From a virus (lineage: Duplodnaviria > Caudoviricetes), in IMG/VR virus record IMGVR_UViG_3300030433_001804, positions 1-64,000 of that record: DNA of 64,000 nucleotides. The stretch is one strand, 5' to 3'. Under the pieces are notes generated by a model, which saw only the letters and a list, made by a program, of their open reading frames with translations, had not been told where the DNA came from and made no database searches. Position numbers and translations under genes: made by a program. Positions 41,567-50,474 of the stretch are shown in pieces. Position 1 is the stretch's first letter. Every line of letters begins with the position of its first letter.

Positions 41567-42576
41567 TTCTTTTCACCTCTTAATTTCTTTAGCCTCTTTT
41601 CCATTCTTTCGATTCTTTTCTTCTGCCTTGCTTCTTTCTTTGCCATCTTTCGCTCTTTCCTTAGTTGTCTGCGGCTTGGTTTTGTTTCAGTAGGCTGTTG
41701 TTCCTTACGCCCTTTGACAACTTTAGTGGCTTCCATAACTAGGGCAATATTGTCGGGGTTATTGGAGTTTATTAAATGTTCCAACCTTCCCGCTATTGTC
41801 TCATATGAAAATCCATATCGGGCTGTTGCCTCGTCTATGGAAAGGTCATAGAAATTAATTAGCAAATCTAAGTCTTTAAATTTATTCCATTCTTCTTGCA
41901 TAGATTGAATGTTTTTCTTTACCGTTGGCTTCGCCTTTCTCTTAGATTTTGTATCCCAGTTTTGACTCATAGTTTCTTTTTCCTTGATATAATACCACTG
42001 ACGATTTAAGGCGTCCTTGCTTCTTTTCAATATGCTAGAAAGTTTTTCCGCATCTTTAGCACTCCCACAACTACTAATCAAGTTTATTTCCTTCTTAGTG
42101 TATTTCTTTGGTGCTTTTCTTTTTGGTTTCTTTGTTGGCTTTTCTATTTCTTGTAATAGTTTTCCTCTTGCTAATTCTTTTTGAATAGCAGGAGCATTAG
42201 CAAACAGTCTTTCATCTGCGGGAGCCTTATGATAAAATAAATAATTAATCTGCCTTAGATTAAGTTCAATACCAAATTGTTCGTAAAAGGCTAAACTAAT
42301 TCTAGCAAAAGGCATACCATTAAACTTACAAAGATGAACAAAATCTATTTGTTCCTGTGTGTATTTAGCCCGTGTGCCGTAACTTTTCACTTCGGGAATG
42401 ATAGTTTTCCTTTCTTCGAGTTTCTGTATCTTACTGTAAATAGAATGATATCTTCTATTCACACCATATCTCTTTTTCATCAACTTTGCTATCTTTTTGA
42501 TTGAATATCCTTTTCTCTTACTTCTTAATGCATATATTTCTTGTTCTTTCGTCCATTTTGCCATTTTAATCACCAA
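41563..42576 (-). CDS. Multi-repeat HTH/Myb-like DNA-binding protein
   Basis: Three repeats starting KWTKEQE, KYTQEQI, KYTKKEI, each followed by HTH-like helices; very basic. Confidence 0.6.
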   Translation of the reverse strand: MVIKMAKWTKEQEIYALRSKRKGYSIKKIAKLMKKRYGVNRRYHSIYSKIQKLEERKTIIPEVKSYGTRAKYTQEQIDFVHLCKFNGMPFARISLAFYEQFGIELNLRQINYLFYHKAPADERLFANAPAIQKELARGKLLQEIEKPTKKPKRKAPKKYTKKEINLISSCGSAKDAEKLSSILKRSKDALNRQWYYIKEKETMSQNWDTKSKRKAKPTVKKNIQSMQEEWNKFKDLDLLINFYDLSIDEATARYGFSYETIAGRLEHLINSNNPDNIALVMEATKVVKGRKEQQPTETKPSRRQLRKERKMAKKEARQKKRIERMEKRLKKLRGEKK

Positions 42577-42854
42577 TAATTATTGTTTTTCCATTTTGGC
42601 AGTTGTTCTAATTGAACTTTAGCGTCTGCCCACGCTGTAAGTAATTCGCTGTCACTGTAATCTGTTCCTAATTCTTCAAACAGGTTAAGAACAGTAACTA
42701 TAACAGAACGCTCATCTTCTGTTAAACTATCTAGCAAATCCATTTTCCTTAATGACTCTAAGACATCAGGAAATATTTGTCTAAGTTTAGCAACAAAAAG
42801 ATAGGAAGCGTTATCTAAATTAGTGTGAGTTAAATCATCCCATTTAGGTATCAT
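42570..42854 (-). CDS. Hypothetical protein
   Basis: ATGA overlap with ThiF gene. Confidence 0.55.
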   Translation of the reverse strand: MIPKWDDLTHTNLDNASYLFVAKLRQIFPDVLESLRKMDLLDSLTEDERSVIVTVLNLFEELGTDYSDSELLTAWADAKVQLEQLPKWKNNNYW

Positions 42855-43417
42855 ACATTCACCACCTTAAAATCACAAACCTCTTCATCGTTAAACCAAC
42901 GCTGAATCCATTGTGCGCCCATTCCTGCAATAGCAACTTGCATGAAATGAACTCCTTTATTTGAGCCATCCCATGAATCTCCTTGACAACTAAATGACCT
43001 TTCTTCACCTGCTAACAATGTATCATACATTTTAGGGTCAGCAGTATAAGATACCATAGCCGCATTACGACCCTGCGCTCTCAAATCTAACCATTTCAAA
43101 TCTTTACAATTATACATGGTTCGCCTTAGACCTATATTATCTACACAACAAATAACTAAATCATATCCTTTCATTTGTTTTTCACTAAGAACTGGATATT
43201 GTGATGCGTTAGAAACAGAACCATAATAGGTATCTTTCATAACTACTGCTTTGTTTAAACTAACATGACCACTACCAAAATTTTGGTATGGTAAATTCTT
43301 TGTTTCTACCTTATCGGGGTCTGCTACTGTTATATCATACAATTCTACTTTATCTAAAAGCGGTATCAAGAAACTCCCAATACCACCTGCTCCAATTACT
43401 AATATTTTTCTTTTCAT
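42851..43417 (-). CDS. E1-like ThiF/MoeB-family activating enzyme
   Basis: VIGAGGIGS, DPDKVETKNLPYQ, NKA, DLVICCVDN; candidate catalytic Cys in FSCQ. Confidence 0.92.
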   Translation of the reverse strand: MKRKILVIGAGGIGSFLIPLLDKVELYDITVADPDKVETKNLPYQNFGSGHVSLNKAVVMKDTYYGSVSNASQYPVLSEKQMKGYDLVICCVDNIGLRRTMYNCKDLKWLDLRAQGRNAAMVSYTADPKMYDTLLAGEERSFSCQGDSWDGSNKGVHFMQVAIAGMGAQWIQRWFNDEEVCDFKVVNV

Positions 43418-43710
43418 TTACATCCACTTCTCCATTCTTCATATTCTTTTACTGTCAATACTTTTTCCATAATAGATAGAAAAAATCCAGAAACTTCTTT
43501 TCTTTTTTGCTTTCTACCCACATCTCTAATGTAGTCTATAATACCATTCAACCGCTTGATTTCTGCAAGCAAGTAATCCTCAAACTCCCATTCAGCAGGT
43601 ATGAATCCTTCAACCCTTGCGTTTTGATATTCTTCGTATTTATCTGTGTCAATCTGTTTTTTATCCATTTTTATTCTCTCCTTCATATTAAATCTGCTAA
43701 TTCGTCCCAC
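43414..43710 (-). CDS. Hypothetical protein (IDTDKYE family)
   Basis: IDTDKYEE...LLAEIKRL. Confidence 0.5.
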   Translation of the reverse strand: MGRISRFNMKERIKMDKKQIDTDKYEEYQNARVEGFIPAEWEFEDYLLAEIKRLNGIIDYIRDVGRKQKRKEVSGFFLSIMEKVLTVKEYEEWRSGCK

Positions 43711-44195
43711 ATATCTTCTCCCGCAGTAAAGGATTTTCTTGAGAAAGTGGGGTTTCTCGTTCTTAGAGCAGTATATACTCCTATCGTAATTATAGGGTAT
43801 GAATCACCAACTTCAAGCCCTAGCATTTCAAGCATTATCGGGTGCATATCTTCTGTAATTATAGAATCATTAGAATGGTAAGAAATATCCGACATGGCAT
43901 ATGGCATTCCTTGAAACAGAATTACTTTATGTCTATACAACGGTTGTTCTTGCTCTATCTTTTCGGATTGCAATTCCCACTTGACCCACTGTAAAAACCC
44001 ATCATACGCACTATCTTCATCAACATCATTACCATGCATATCTCCAAAAAGGAATAAAACTTCATCTTCTGTGTATTTATGAGGAGGTAGTTCTGATAGA
44101 TACTTTACTTTTCTATCAACATCCATTCCCATTCTGTAATCATTTGGATTTCTAATATCATCTGTATCTTCCGGTGGTATGTCAATTCTTACCAT
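43683..44195 (-). CDS. Hypothetical protein in Ubl locus
   Basis: 170 aa acidic ORF with GAGGAGG SD. Confidence 0.6.
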   Translation of the reverse strand: MVRIDIPPEDTDDIRNPNDYRMGMDVDRKVKYLSELPPHKYTEDEVLFLFGDMHGNDVDEDSAYDGFLQWVKWELQSEKIEQEQPLYRHKVILFQGMPYAMSDISYHSNDSIITEDMHPIMLEMLGLEVGDSYPIITIGVYTALRTRNPTFSRKSFTAGEDMWDELADLI

Positions 44196-44620
44196 TTATT
44201 CTTCCTCCTCAAATTCGTCACTAAATAATTCTCTTTCTGAACAGTATAATCCATCTGTTTCCAAACTATCTAGCCAATCGTTTATTCCGCAACGATATGC
44301 TATCGGGTCTACACGGTATAATACCGTAGATGGCGACCACAACATACCACAAACATCTATATCTTCATAACAATCATCTAACATTTGATTGTATCTTTCT
44401 GTTATTTCTCTTCTGTATCCATTCATTTTATTCACCATATTCTGTTTTTCTTCTTTGTGCGCCACATACTTTACAATGAGAGAATGCAACGACAACTATT
44501 TCTTTACCTATTTCATCATCCCAAAAGGTATGATAATAGTCTAAGTCCTTATCAACCCAAATATGATTACATTTAATCATGTATTCATCTTCTTCATTTA
44601 TTTCATATTCCCATCCCATT

Positions 44621-45475
44621 TTACTCACCTAATTTGTTCAGTTCTTTTCCTTTAATTTCTTTCAAAGACTCTACACCTAATAGTGTAAGTAAGTTCTTAC
44701 ATTCTTTACCTATCTTAGTTCTATGGAATCCTGTTTGTTCAGATATGAACTTACAAGAATATCCTCTAACAAATATGGTAGAGGCTAATACACATATAGC
44801 CGCATAATAACATCTAGACTTATTGAAGTTACTATTTACGATTAGCGTCTCAAACTTCTGCATTACTTTATTACACTGATGTATGAACTGTGGTTCATCG
44901 GTTATCTTTCTAGCAGTTTGCTGAATAAGATAGGAACTATCATCTATAGAATAATGTATGGAGTTACGATAGAACTGATTTATTTTTCTAATTAGTTTTT
45001 TAGTTCTATTTAGTTTAACATCAAATTCTTTCGCAACATCTTTGAGAGGGTGTGGTGTTCTATTTTCTTTTAGAAGATAGTAAACAATAGCGGTTGCTCT
45101 TTCTTCTAAGGTAAAGTTCCTAAGTGTATGGCTATTGTATAATTCTAAATACACTTTTTGTATTCTTTCTGTAAGATTGATTGGTAGTCTTAGATTAGCC
45201 ATAACCATATTACAATGAGTAATGCCATTGATAACATTTCTCGGCAATACTGGATTGTGTCTATTATATTTAGAAGCACCTTTACCTGTTACCAAAGACC
45301 CTAATCTGCCTTTATCAGCACTGTGCTTTAGTGAATAGTTATCTCCTCTTTCTACTGGATTAACCGTTTCTTCAAACATACCTGTTATGATAACTAAACC
45401 ACATTCAGCACAACACTTCTCTCCTAGCCTCTCATCAAAGGTTATTTCTATCGAACCACATTCTTTACATTTCAT
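44621..45475 (-). CDS. tfb: Transcription initiation factor B (TFIIB/TFB-like)
   Basis: N-terminal Zn ribbon CKECGS...DERLGEKCCAECGLVI, then two cyclin-like repeats. Likely start ATG 45475. Confidence 0.85.
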   Translation of the reverse strand: MKCKECGSIEITFDERLGEKCCAECGLVIITGMFEETVNPVERGDNYSLKHSADKGRLGSLVTGKGASKYNRHNPVLPRNVINGITHCNMVMANLRLPINLTERIQKVYLELYNSHTLRNFTLEERATAIVYYLLKENRTPHPLKDVAKEFDVKLNRTKKLIRKINQFYRNSIHYSIDDSSYLIQQTARKITDEPQFIHQCNKVMQKFETLIVNSNFNKSRCYYAAICVLASTIFVRGYSCKFISEQTGFHRTKIGKECKNLLTLLGVESLKEIKGKELNKLGE

Positions 45476-46631
45476 TAAAATCAACTCTATATTCATTGGC
45501 ATCTGCGACAATATATCGCTTTATTGTATTCACTATTGTTATTGTAAAAGTATCATTGAGTAGGGCTAACGCTCTAGCAGCAAATTGGTCGCCTAATGGA
45601 GAACCTTTAGACATATTATCTATGCATATCGGGCCTTGCCATTTAGGATTATTTACTATCTTTATTTCTTCGCCCGTTGGTTCTCCTTCATCATTGAGAA
45701 CCTTTTCAAAAGAAACAACTGGTTGCCAAATATAAGTAGAAACCATTTGAATATCTGATTTATACCTATTATTTTCTAACATCCAATCAAATTCTTTTCC
45801 ATGAATATAGATACGATGTAAAGTATCTTCTTCATATTCTGCTTTGAGTCTCTTAGGATGTTGTGCTAGCAAGTCATTAACTAATTGTATTGCTCGCCTC
45901 TCAACTAAATCTTTCATTCTATTCTGTTTCAAAAACTCTATCATAACTTTGAGTTCAGAATCTAATGGTTCTCTATCCATTGTCATAGAATATAATTTTC
46001 TAGGAGAGATAAATTTCAGTTTACTTCTTTTTTTACCTTCTACGAGAAAGGAACATAACTTATCCATTGTCTTTAATGGCATTGTTCCCCAAACACCGTC
46101 TGCTATTTCTATAGCGACTTCATCTGTTCCTATCATTTGAACAGGTAGTCTAACATCATATTTAGTTTCATATTCGTGAAAAGTAAACGGTAGTCTATTT
46201 TCTAGAACATATTTAATATTTTCAGGAATCGCTAAAGTATTGTAAAGCCCTAATAATAACTTAGAAGCATCTTTTTCAAAGCAAGACTTGTATGTTACTC
46301 TTGCCAAAGCGTGACAAACAGTAGATAGACTTTCTGCTTTACCATTAATATAATATCTATTCTTTCTTTTTTCTATAGCAACAGGGCAACTACCTATCAT
46401 AATAACGGCATTGTAATCACCGTGTTTTGGCATAGAAAAATAACTACTTCCTCTTGATTTAGTAGAAAGAGACGCATTCCAAAAGGAAACTAATCCACCA
46501 TGTATAGGGTCTTTAGCACTTCTATCGTATGTAATAGAGGTTTCATCCCCGACAATTCTTGCTCTTTCGCTTTTTATTTCTGTAAAATAGTATTCGCTAC
46601 TGTCGTTTGGTTTCTTTATTTTTAATTTCAT
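45465..46631 (-). CDS. Hypothetical protein with possible E2/UBC-like C-terminal catalytic motif
   Basis: NNPKWQGPICIDNM resembles the E2 active site G-x-I-C-L-D; lies between Ubl and E1 genes. Confidence 0.4.
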   Translation of the reverse strand: MKLKIKKPNDSSEYYFTEIKSERARIVGDETSITYDRSAKDPIHGGLVSFWNASLSTKSRGSSYFSMPKHGDYNAVIMIGSCPVAIEKRKNRYYINGKAESLSTVCHALARVTYKSCFEKDASKLLLGLYNTLAIPENIKYVLENRLPFTFHEYETKYDVRLPVQMIGTDEVAIEIADGVWGTMPLKTMDKLCSFLVEGKKRSKLKFISPRKLYSMTMDREPLDSELKVMIEFLKQNRMKDLVERRAIQLVNDLLAQHPKRLKAEYEEDTLHRIYIHGKEFDWMLENNRYKSDIQMVSTYIWQPVVSFEKVLNDEGEPTGEEIKIVNNPKWQGPICIDNMSKGSPLGDQFAARALALLNDTFTITIVNTIKRYIVADANEYRVDFNEM

Positions 46632-46635
46632 TATC

Positions 46636-46797
46636 TCACATCATATACATATTGGTATTATCAACATTACATCTATCATGTATTTCATTTTTAATTTCTT
46701 CAGCAGTCAATAACTGACCGCCACAAACCCTACATCGGGTCGCTATACGCATGTTTTTTCTTGTGTTGATTTCATATTGGGGATTCTTTTCTTTCAT
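46636..46797 (-). CDS. Small Zn-finger protein (53 aa)
   Basis: ...RCRVCGGQLLTAEEIKNEIHDRC... (CxxC...HxxC) read from sequence. Confidence 0.6.
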   Translation of the reverse strand: MKEKNPQYEINTRKNMRIATRCRVCGGQLLTAEEIKNEIHDRCNVDNTNMYMM

Positions 46798-46824
46798 AGA
46801 AACACCATACTAAGGAATGAGGGT

Positions 46825-46866
46825 GGGGGGAAAAGCATTATGAGAGATGTGGTGGCTTTTCCCCCC
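46825..46866 (-). promoter_or_regulatory. Perfect 12-bp hairpin downstream of Ubl gene
   Basis: GGGGGGAAAAGC (46825-36) / GCTTTTCCCCCC (46855-66). Confidence 0.7.
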
Positions 46867-46890
46867 GTGAGGATTCTTAGGACTATCTAA

Positions 46891-47097
46891 TCAAAGACTT
46901 CCTCCAACAATAGCCGGAGTTAAATCTACAGATGTTACATCGTCCCAATTTATATTTGCTATCTCTTCTCTTGCCACCATTTCACTGTCAATAAATACCC
47001 AATGTGTTGGGTGAGTGTTGATTTGCTCAATGACTTCACTGCTTTCCATCACTACTTCTGTGTGTCCTGTTTCATTCAAAATTCTTAACTTAATCAT
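46891..47097 (-). CDS. Ubiquitin-like beta-grasp protein (ThiS/MoaD/SAMP-like) ending GG-SL
   Basis: 68 aa; MIKLRIL, WVFIDSEMV, SVDLTPAIVGG match beta-grasp strands and diglycine, followed by SL then stop. Confidence 0.8.
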   Translation of the reverse strand: MIKLRILNETGHTEVVMESSEVIEQINTHPTHWVFIDSEMVAREEIANINWDDVTSVDLTPAIVGGSL

Positions 47098-47131
47098 ATT
47101 ATCACTTTCCTATTTTTTCCTATTATCCTCT

Positions 47132-47150
47132 TGTATTTAAAGGGGTTCAT
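47132..47150 (-). promoter_or_regulatory. Archaeal TATA-type promoter of the Ubl operon
   Basis: Minus strand TGAACCCC-TTTAAATA; same design (TGAACCCT-TTTATATA) at 55443-55458. Confidence 0.55.
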
Positions 47151-47264
47151 TCCAGTCCCCCATTCGTTAGGTATTCGTCATTTCCTAAAAAGAAAATCAA
47201 CAAACTTCCAAAGACTGCGAATAACACAGCCCAAAAAATAAACTTACTTATTGCTTTCAACATA

Positions 47265-48533
47265 TCATCTCTCTCCTTTCAATTCTTTTATTTTCTTACT
47301 AGCAAATCTTTTGCTAGGTATTCTACCTTCGTAGCCTAAATCTCTTAGGTATTTTACTTGAGCATCCGAAGGCGGGTCTTGCTCAAATATTCTTCTTGCA
47401 GTTTGCAGTTGTCTAGTAGATAGTTCCCGTTGGGCGTCTAATTGATACTTGATTGATACCAAAAATTCCCTTTCCCATTCGTTACCCGCAAAGGTTTCAT
47501 CGAATACGGGCATACCATAGTATTCGCACATATCCTCAAATGTCTGACTCATAGAACTTAGCATTTCATCATCAGCGATTTTCTTTTCCGCTTCCATTTT
47601 AGCCACTCGTTCTAAATGTGCTTTTCTTTCTTTTTGTCGTCTTAAGTCGTCTTCGTGTTCCCAAACAGCATTAAATGGTTCATACAATAAAGTTCGTAAG
47701 TTTCTAAACTCAGAATTTTTTGTTCTTTCTTTTCTTCTCAGTTCTTCTCTTCTTCTTTCTTCTTCGATAAGTTGTTTAACCTTTAGAATCTTAGCCTTTC
47801 TTCTTTCCTTTTCTTTATTCATCTTCTCCAAAAGAGGTTCTGATTTGATAAAGTATATCGCTAAATCTTGCATAAGCCTATCATTAGGATATCCTCTAGT
47901 TGTCTGTTGATTCTTAGGATTGTCCGGATGATTCCATCTCCAAACAATTGAGGCCATTTTGTAATGTGGCGTTCCAAATTCTCCTTCCGACTTTTTTCTA
48001 AGTTGTTTAGGATAAACATATTCTCTAATATCTTTATCATAATGGTATTCTTTGTATTGACTTCTAGTATTATACCTAACATCAATCTCTTTGATTTTAT
48101 TAAACATCATTTCAAAAGATTCACCATTTTCTTTCCACCATGCTTCTGCTTTCATAGAACCTACACGAACATTAATCCATTCTTGGATTTGTTCTTCAGT
48201 AATAGTTTCTATAGATTGTCCCTTTTCTTCGGCAATCTGTCGCATAATTAAGTATGAATTGATATGGTCACTACCAACACATTCTCTAATACCATTTTCA
48301 GTATTAAGAATCTCAAAGTGATATGTAATTCTATGACCACATAGACAACTACCAACACCTTGTTGAGAGTTAGTTACCCATTCAGGTATTTCTCCATTAC
48401 CACGCCACCAAACGCTACCAGTTGCTAACCATTCTTCTTTAGCCTCATCGTAGTTATCAGCAACAGAAAGATTTACCATTCTTCTCATCAGCACTTTATC
48501 CCAACGGCCTTCGCCTAATTCTCTTCTAACCAT
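47265..48533 (-). CDS. Hypothetical protein with N-terminal Zn-binding motif and coiled coil
   Basis: CLCGHRI...ECVGSDHI. Confidence 0.6.
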   Translation of the reverse strand: MVRRELGEGRWDKVLMRRMVNLSVADNYDEAKEEWLATGSVWWRGNGEIPEWVTNSQQGVGSCLCGHRITYHFEILNTENGIRECVGSDHINSYLIMRQIAEEKGQSIETITEEQIQEWINVRVGSMKAEAWWKENGESFEMMFNKIKEIDVRYNTRSQYKEYHYDKDIREYVYPKQLRKKSEGEFGTPHYKMASIVWRWNHPDNPKNQQTTRGYPNDRLMQDLAIYFIKSEPLLEKMNKEKERRKAKILKVKQLIEEERRREELRRKERTKNSEFRNLRTLLYEPFNAVWEHEDDLRRQKERKAHLERVAKMEAEKKIADDEMLSSMSQTFEDMCEYYGMPVFDETFAGNEWEREFLVSIKYQLDAQRELSTRQLQTARRIFEQDPPSDAQVKYLRDLGYEGRIPSKRFASKKIKELKGER

Positions 48534-48933
48534 AAAGACTTTCCACTTCCTTCTCTAATTCTTGAATTCTTGTATGTAATATACTAATCTGTTTCTGTTG
48601 TTTTTCTCTTAGTTCTCTAAGTTTCTTTTCGTGTTCCCTTAGATATTTGTCTAATTTATCATTAAACATCTTTTCTAAATCTGTAGGCATCATGTGTTGT
48701 AACATTGTATTTACTTTCATTTCTACTTGATAAGCAAAATCATATCTCTCTAAAGCATCTAGTCTTTTTTCTATAGAAAGAATAACATTGTTCTGTTTGT
48801 TCTCACTTCTTCTAATAGCGATATCTTGCTTTTTATCCATCCAACAAGTCCTACACCTATTTTCATTAGTAGAAGTAGACATTGTATGAAATGGTTTCTT
48901 GCATTGCACACAGTTCTTTACAATACCACTCAT
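48526..48933 (-). CDS. Zn-finger/coiled-coil protein
   Basis: CVQC...CRTC. Confidence 0.55.
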   Translation of the reverse strand: MSGIVKNCVQCKKPFHTMSTSTNENRCRTCWMDKKQDIAIRRSENKQNNVILSIEKRLDALERYDFAYQVEMKVNTMLQHMMPTDLEKMFNDKLDKYLREHEKKLRELREKQQKQISILHTRIQELEKEVESLYG

Positions 48934-49193
48934 TATTCATCACCTAGATACATCATATCTTGTTGGTCTTGCTTCTCAAACGCCCTTTGTTCACTTAGGA
49001 AACTATTTAGAACCATATCCATCTTTTCTTGTAGATTTTCTATGATTCCTGCAATCAACCTTCTGTTTAGACTTATCCAAATCTTGTGATAAGTGTTCAA
49101 AACTACTTTTGGTTGGTCATCATCATTGTAAGAAATAATGATTGGGGGCATTGTGCTATCATCTACTATTCTAAATTCTACTTCTGTTTTCAT
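48933..49193 (-). CDS. Hypothetical protein
   Basis: In gene chain. Confidence 0.55.
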   Translation of the reverse strand: MKTEVEFRIVDDSTMPPIIISYNDDDQPKVVLNTYHKIWISLNRRLIAGIIENLQEKMDMVLNSFLSEQRAFEKQDQQDMMYLGDE

Positions 49194-49829
49194 ATTAATT
49201 CACTCCTATAATATCTAGGATGAAGGAAAATTCTTCCTTCTGTTTCGCCAAATTCATTGACTATATCACTCTCTAAACCTCTACTAAAATTGATAGCGTC
49301 TTGAGACAATATAAAGGGGTTCACTTCATCAAATAAACGCACACCCCTTTCTTTGAATTTTAGCACTAAATTCAGTATGGAAGTCGTAATAACATTACTA
49401 AATACTGGTTCTTTGGCTAAACCGCATTGTATTAGTAGTTTAATTGCTTCATTTTCATTAAGACCATCATGCTTAATCAAATGATTAAGTATTAATTGCT
49501 CTTTTAATTCTTCTTTACTTAACATAATTATCATTCTCTTTATTCTTGGGTAGTAGTATCCTCGCACTACCCTATATAGTATCCCCATCGGGGGTCAAGG
49601 TGTTTTTCTATAGAGTTAATTGGTATTTTTATCTCGTTCTTCAGCCAAACAGTCTAAACACTGTTCTGACTCCATTATTTCTAATTCATAATTAGGAACT
49701 AAATACCAGCCTTTACCATTACAGATTTGACATTTCATTCATCAATCAACTCCAATACGATTTCCATTTGCCCGTTAGAAAACTCTATTTTTACAAGAGG
49801 TATTGCTCTACCGTGTCTTGTTTGTAATA

Positions 49830-50474
49830 TCATTCTACCACCAACGGTAACATCTTCAAAGGTAGAGATAGGTTGTTTTGTTTGTTGATTCTATCAAACA
49901 TAGCATTCCATCTCATATTGATATGATTAACTGGCCACCAAATAGGTCTTTCTGTTTTCCATTCAGCAAAACGCCATTTACCTTCTAAGTAATAATGGCG
50001 GTAAGAGTCTATAACAAACTCCCAACAATGTTCTCCATATGTATTAGGTATTCTATATTCATCAGCCATAGCAATAAGAGGTGGAGTTGCTAACTTATAA
50101 TCAGCATCATACTCTATTGGTGTATGTAATATTCTCTCATAAGTTCCATGGACTTTACCATATCTAACAGTATATTCTTCACATAGAGCCAAGGCGTGTT
50201 GAAACAACCACATAGTATTATTATCAGTTTGTCTAGCCCAAATAGTGCTAGGATGATTAAGCATAGCAGGTTTCATCAAAATAGACTGTTCTTCCTCATG
50301 ATATTCTTTTAGTCTTCTAAGAGAAGGCTCGTAGCCATACCTATCTACAAAATCCATAAACAAGGCATTTGTGTGTAGCATTTGACAACTTTCAGTTGGC
50401 ATTTTAATCACATGCTTATCTATCATTTGTTGTGCTGATTCAGTAGGGCATTTTGATAATGCAAATATATTCAT
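49830..50474 (-). CDS. Pyrimidine-dimer DNA glycosylase-like (DenV-related) protein
   Basis: MNIFAL...DKHVIKMPTESCQML...NHPSTIWAR...EYTVRYGKVH...YRHYY. Confidence 0.75.
   Translation of the reverse strand: MNIFALSKCPTESAQQMIDKHVIKMPTESCQMLHTNALFMDFVDRYGYEPSLRRLKEYHEEEQSILMKPAMLNHPSTIWARQTDNNTMWLFQHALALCEEYTVRYGKVHGTYERILHTPIEYDADYKLATPPLIAMADEYRIPNTYGEHCWEFVIDSYRHYYLEGKWRFAEWKTERPIWWPVNHINMRWNAMFDRINKQNNLSLPLKMLPLVVE

Noticed and set aside
42851-47097. Thiamine/molybdopterin sulfur relay as the role of ThiF and Ubl
   Set aside because: No ThiG, MoaE, cysteine desulfurase or thiouridylase in the window; disfavoured but not excluded because the genome is incomplete.
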